A DNA stretch of 64,000 nt from Rhodospirillales bacterium (lineage in GTDB: Bacteria > Pseudomonadota > Alphaproteobacteria > TMED109). Under the pieces are notes generated by a model, which saw nothing but the letters and a program-made list of their open reading frames with translations, was not told the DNA's origin and made no database searches. The position numbers were made by a program, and so were the translations under genes. The stretch lies in the NCBI GenBank assembly GCA_028824295.1, contig JAPPED010000033.1:21224-85223 (forward strand), read 5' to 3'. Positions 61,539 through 64,000 of this stretch are shown here, in pieces; position 1 is the stretch's first letter, and each line of letters begins with the position of its first letter.

Positions 61539-62254
61539 GGGGCGTTTCCCACGGGGTCCGTCACGGCCAGAGAACCTGCGACCCTAATTTCTTCCACCGT
61601 CAGTCGACACCCATACGCTAGCACCTCGATTCCGGCCGCGCGCGCTGCGTGGAATGCCTCCACGTAAGCCGGGTCAATGTCACCGGCGAGACGGAAGGCC
61701 GTACAATCTTCACGCTGTACCAAATAGAGCATGACAGCACGGTCGCCGCTGTCGACCCGCCGGGCGAGCTCGACGAGATGCTTGCGGCCGCGGTCCGTCA
61801 CCGAATCGGGAAATTCGGCGATGCCTGGCTCCCGAGACATGTGTACGTTCTTGACTTCCACGTAGCATGCCCGGCGGCGCGGACTCTCCAGCAGCAGATC
61901 GATCCTGGAGCGGGTTCCGTAACGCACTTCCCGTCGAACCGACGCGTAACCTGCCAGCGGCGCCAATTGGTTTGCGCGGATGGCTTCCTCGGCCAAGGTA
62001 TTCGGGCGGCTCGTGTTGACACCGACCAGGGTCGATCCGAGTCGAAGCATCTCCCAGCCGTAGCGCAACTTCCGTTTAGGGTCGTCGTTCGGCGCGAGCC
62101 AGGTCTCGACGCCGGCATAGGTCAGGCCCAGCATCGAGCCGGGATTCGCGCAATGCGCCGTGACAAGCCTGCCGTCTTCCAGTTTGTGGTCACTGAGGAA
62201 CCGCTTGTAGCGGCGCTGGAGACAGGCTCGGACGAGCGTTACGGGAAACTGCAC
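61535..62254 (-). CDS. sfsA: Sugar fermentation stimulation protein SfsA (nuclease-fold DNA-binding protein)
   Basis: GTG start: VQFPVTLVRACLQRRYKRFLSD...AHCANPGSM...CYVEVKNV. ATGA overlap with map. Confidence 0.9.
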   Translation of the reverse strand: MQFPVTLVRACLQRRYKRFLSDHKLEDGRLVTAHCANPGSMLGLTYAGVETWLAPNDDPKRKLRYGWEMLRLGSTLVGVNTSRPNTLAEEAIRANQLAPLAGYASVRREVRYGTRSRIDLLLESPRRRACYVEVKNVHMSREPGIAEFPDSVTDRGRKHLVELARRVDSGDRAVMLYLVQREDCTAFRLAGDIDPAYVEAFHAARAAGIEVLAYGCRLTVEEIRVAGSLAVTDPVGNAP

Positions 62255-62361
62255 GGGAAGGGTTCCGTCCGGTACCAGGAGGCGGCGTCAGCGGAGACTA
62301 GACGAACGGCGCGCGTCCGATGGCAAACGGCTAGCATGCCGGCGACCGTCCGGAGCCAGCC

Positions 62362-63120
62362 ATGCCGTCCCAACAAGCCCCCACTGCCGCAATGCTCGTG
62401 ATCGGCAACGAGATTCTCTCCGGCCGTACCCAGGACAAGAATGTTGCGCACGTCGCGAATCGGATGTCTGACCTGGGAGTGCGGCTGTCGGAAGTGCGGG
62501 TGGTTCCGGATGTCCGCGACCGGATTGTCACTGCTGTCCAGGAATTGTCATCGGCCTGGGACTACCTGATCACGACCGGCGGCATCGGACCCACGCACGA
62601 CGATATTACGACCGAATGCGTGGCTGCAGCGATGGGGGTCGAGGTGGAGCGGAACGCCGAGGCCCACCGCCGTCTCCGGGCGCATTACAAGGGTACCGAG
62701 CTCGAACTGAACGAAGCCAGGCTCCGGATGGCGGACATTCCAGTGGGGGCAACGCTGATCGACAATCCGGTTTCCGCGGCACCCGGATTCCGGCTGGCGA
62801 ACGTGTTCGTGTTGGCCGGGGTGCCGGCCATCATGAAGGCCATGCTCGCGGTCCTGGAGCCGCAATTGGTGCGCGGTCCGCCGCTTCGCTCGCGTACGCT
62901 CGTGGTGAATCGGCCAGAAGGGTTGATCGCAGACGACCTGGCAGCCGTCGCCGCGGAATATCCCGACGTCGATATAGGCTCATATCCGTTTTATCGCCCT
63001 CCTGATATCGGGACCAGCCTCGTGTTGCGTGCCACCGATACCGAACGGCTCGGCCAGTGTGCTGATGCGGTGCGTCGGTTTCTCACCCGACTGGGAGCAC
63101 CCTTCCGGGAGGAACCGTGA
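62362..63120 (+). CDS. CinA-like competence/damage-inducible protein, molybdopterin-binding (MoCF) domain only
   Basis: AAMLVIGNEILSGRTQDKN....A..L...G.......V.D...I......S...D.LITTGGIGPTHDDIT. Confidence 0.85.
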   Translation: MPSQQAPTAAMLVIGNEILSGRTQDKNVAHVANRMSDLGVRLSEVRVVPDVRDRIVTAVQELSSAWDYLITTGGIGPTHDDITTECVAAAMGVEVERNAEAHRRLRAHYKGTELELNEARLRMADIPVGATLIDNPVSAAPGFRLANVFVLAGVPAIMKAMLAVLEPQLVRGPPLRSRTLVVNRPEGLIADDLAAVAAEYPDVDIGSYPFYRPPDIGTSLVLRATDTERLGQCADAVRRFLTRLGAPFREEP

Positions 63121-63148
63121 GGGATCGTTATGATGTCGCTTGGGGCCT

Positions 63149-63458
63149 GCGGGCGTGGCGGAATTGGCAGACGCGACGGACTTGCAGGAAGTTGAGTGCC
63201 TGCCGGGAAACCGGCAGCGTAGAACCGCTCAAATTCGGGGAAAGCTTACCGGCATGGCCGATGCTGATCCCGAGCCAAGCCTGCTTTCGGGCGGGAAGGT
63301 GTAGAGACTAGACGGGCGGCGCCTGGGGCCGACACATCGGCGACGGCGAAGGGATAGTCCAGACCACGAACGCGCCTTCAGCGCGGCGGCGAAAGCCGAA
63401 GTGGTACGAAAATCCGTTTCTCCGGAGGAGAGTGAGGGTTCGAGTCCCTCCGTCCGCA
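63149..63458 (+). tRNA. tRNA-Leu (anticodon UAA) interrupted by a 225-nt group I intron; exons 63149-63183 and 63409-63458
   Basis: The joined exons give an 85-nt type II tRNA. Its parts are acceptor GCGGGCG/CGTCCGC, D arm, anticodon stem ACGGA/TCCGT, loop C-U-U|A-A-A-A, long variable arm TCTCC-GGA-GGAGA, T arm GAGGG-TTCGAGT-CCCTC and discriminator A. Confidence 0.85.
63184..63408 (+). ncRNA. Group I self-splicing intron (small IC3-like, no ORF)
   Basis: Core strings TCAAATTCGGGGAAAGC, CCGAGCCAAGC, GGTGTAGAGACTAGACGG and GGGATAGTCC match the Azoarcus, cyanobacterial and Tetrahymena group I cores as I recall them. Two GAAA-capped helices are present (CTGCCGG-GAAA-CCGGCAG and CGGC-GAAA-GCCG). 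The 5' exon ends in U, which can pair with GAGU at 63194-63197. The intron ends in G (63408). Confidence 0.85.
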
Positions 63459-63656
63459 CCCCGCCCCGCTCCGGCGACGGATGTCCCCGGAGACTGGAAC
63501 AGGGCGGGCCCGATGCAGCCCCCTAGTCAGTGTTCATGCGCTGGCAGGACCCGCGATCATGGGTCCTGCGAAGACAGCCCAATGCCCCGGCGGCGGTGCC
63601 CCCTGCGAACGATGGCCAACGGCGGGGCGGGCGGCGGGTACGGAACGAATGCCTGG

Positions 63657-63887
63657 TTACCCGAGCTTCTTGCCGTGCGCTTCCAGAACCCCCTTGTAGC
63701 CGGCGATCCGCTGGCGGCCAAGCTCTGCCAGCGCCGCCTCCACTTCCTTGGGATCGAAACCGTGGGCGCGATGAAATGCGTCTTGGTCCTTGAGGTAGGC
63801 TCCCTCCAATTCCGCGTCGTGCTCCATCCGTTCATGGAGGTCACGCAGCCGATCCAGCAAGGGGCGGTCGTCGGAGGTTTGGGACAT
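63657..63887 (-). CDS. Hypothetical 76-aa helical acidic protein
   Basis: From ATG 63887 with GGGAG 8 nt upstream: MSQTSDDRPLLDRLRDLHERMEHDAELEGAYLKDQDAF.... I cannot confidently assign a family. Confidence 0.5.
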   Translation of the reverse strand: MSQTSDDRPLLDRLRDLHERMEHDAELEGAYLKDQDAFHRAHGFDPKEVEAALAELGRQRIAGYKGVLEAHGKKLG

Positions 63888-64000
63888 CTGTTGTACTCCC
63901 TGAGGAATGTCGTCAGTCAGGTGGCAGTCGTTCGCCGTTGCGGTAGCGTGCCAACTCACGGTTCGAGTACGCGGACCGCACGGACAGTGCGTAAGGGACG

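Noticed and set aside
63229-63459. 76-aa minus-strand ORF inside the tRNA-Leu intron/exon 2, considered as a possible homing endonuclease
   Set aside because: It is on the wrong strand relative to the intron and overlaps the tRNA exon. It has no LAGLIDADG or GIY-YIG-like motifs. The intron is too small (225 nt) to carry an ORF.

Overview
High-GC (about 63-65% by eye) proteobacterial chromosomal window. It is densely coding: about 60 protein genes and 2 tRNA genes. I found no rRNA, CRISPR array, transposase, integrase, phage gene or recognisable defence system. The supplied ORF track uses alternative start codons (GTG/TTG shown as M) and contains many long antisense shadow ORFs typical of high-GC DNA. 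Most true starts had to be trimmed.

Gene content, left to right:
- imuB (partial) and imuA, the SOS mutagenesis cassette, with a GTTC-N7-GTTC LexA-type box.
- A minus-strand metal-uptake-like locus: small His-rich ORF, candidate Zur box, His/Asp-repeat outer-membrane barrel, TroA/ZnuA-like binding protein, decayed copy of the barrel gene, second binding protein, ZnuB-like permease. No ATPase gene is present.
- A CDGSH protein followed by two tandem MhpD-like hydratases.
- IorAB-type molybdenum hydroxylase, class IV aminotransferase, VOC protein and crotonase.
- Cytochrome b561 and YceI.
- A CzcCBA-like RND efflux operon whose adaptor carries a 14-Asp run.
- dusA.
- LivHMGF-like ABC genes.
- A minus-strand catabolic cluster: two SDRs, a 3-hydroxyacyl-CoA/L-carnitine dehydrogenase-like gene, a TPP enzyme and a Tat-signal binding protein.
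- cysD-cysNC.
- An AT-richer, almost ORF-free 1.7-kb stretch next to tRNA-Thr(CGU).
- An OmpR-type two-component pair.
- hspQ, HCCA isomerase-like, PrpD-family, cyclophilin-like, CoxL-like, class V aminotransferase and nrdB genes.
- A third hydratase paralog plus a PhyH dioxygenase.
- A GldA/F/G-like ABC system with a DUF4340 protein.
- SDR, thioredoxin-like and ferredoxin-reductase genes, degP/htrA, map, sfsA and a cinA-like gene.
- A tRNA-Leu(UAA) gene interrupted by a 225-nt group I intron.

The two observations I consider most worth follow-up are the intron-containing tRNA-Leu and the duplicated porin/binding-protein/permease metal locus that lacks an ATPase. I did not find convincing evidence for a wholly new multi-gene system. 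All family assignments come from reading the translations, not from database searches.
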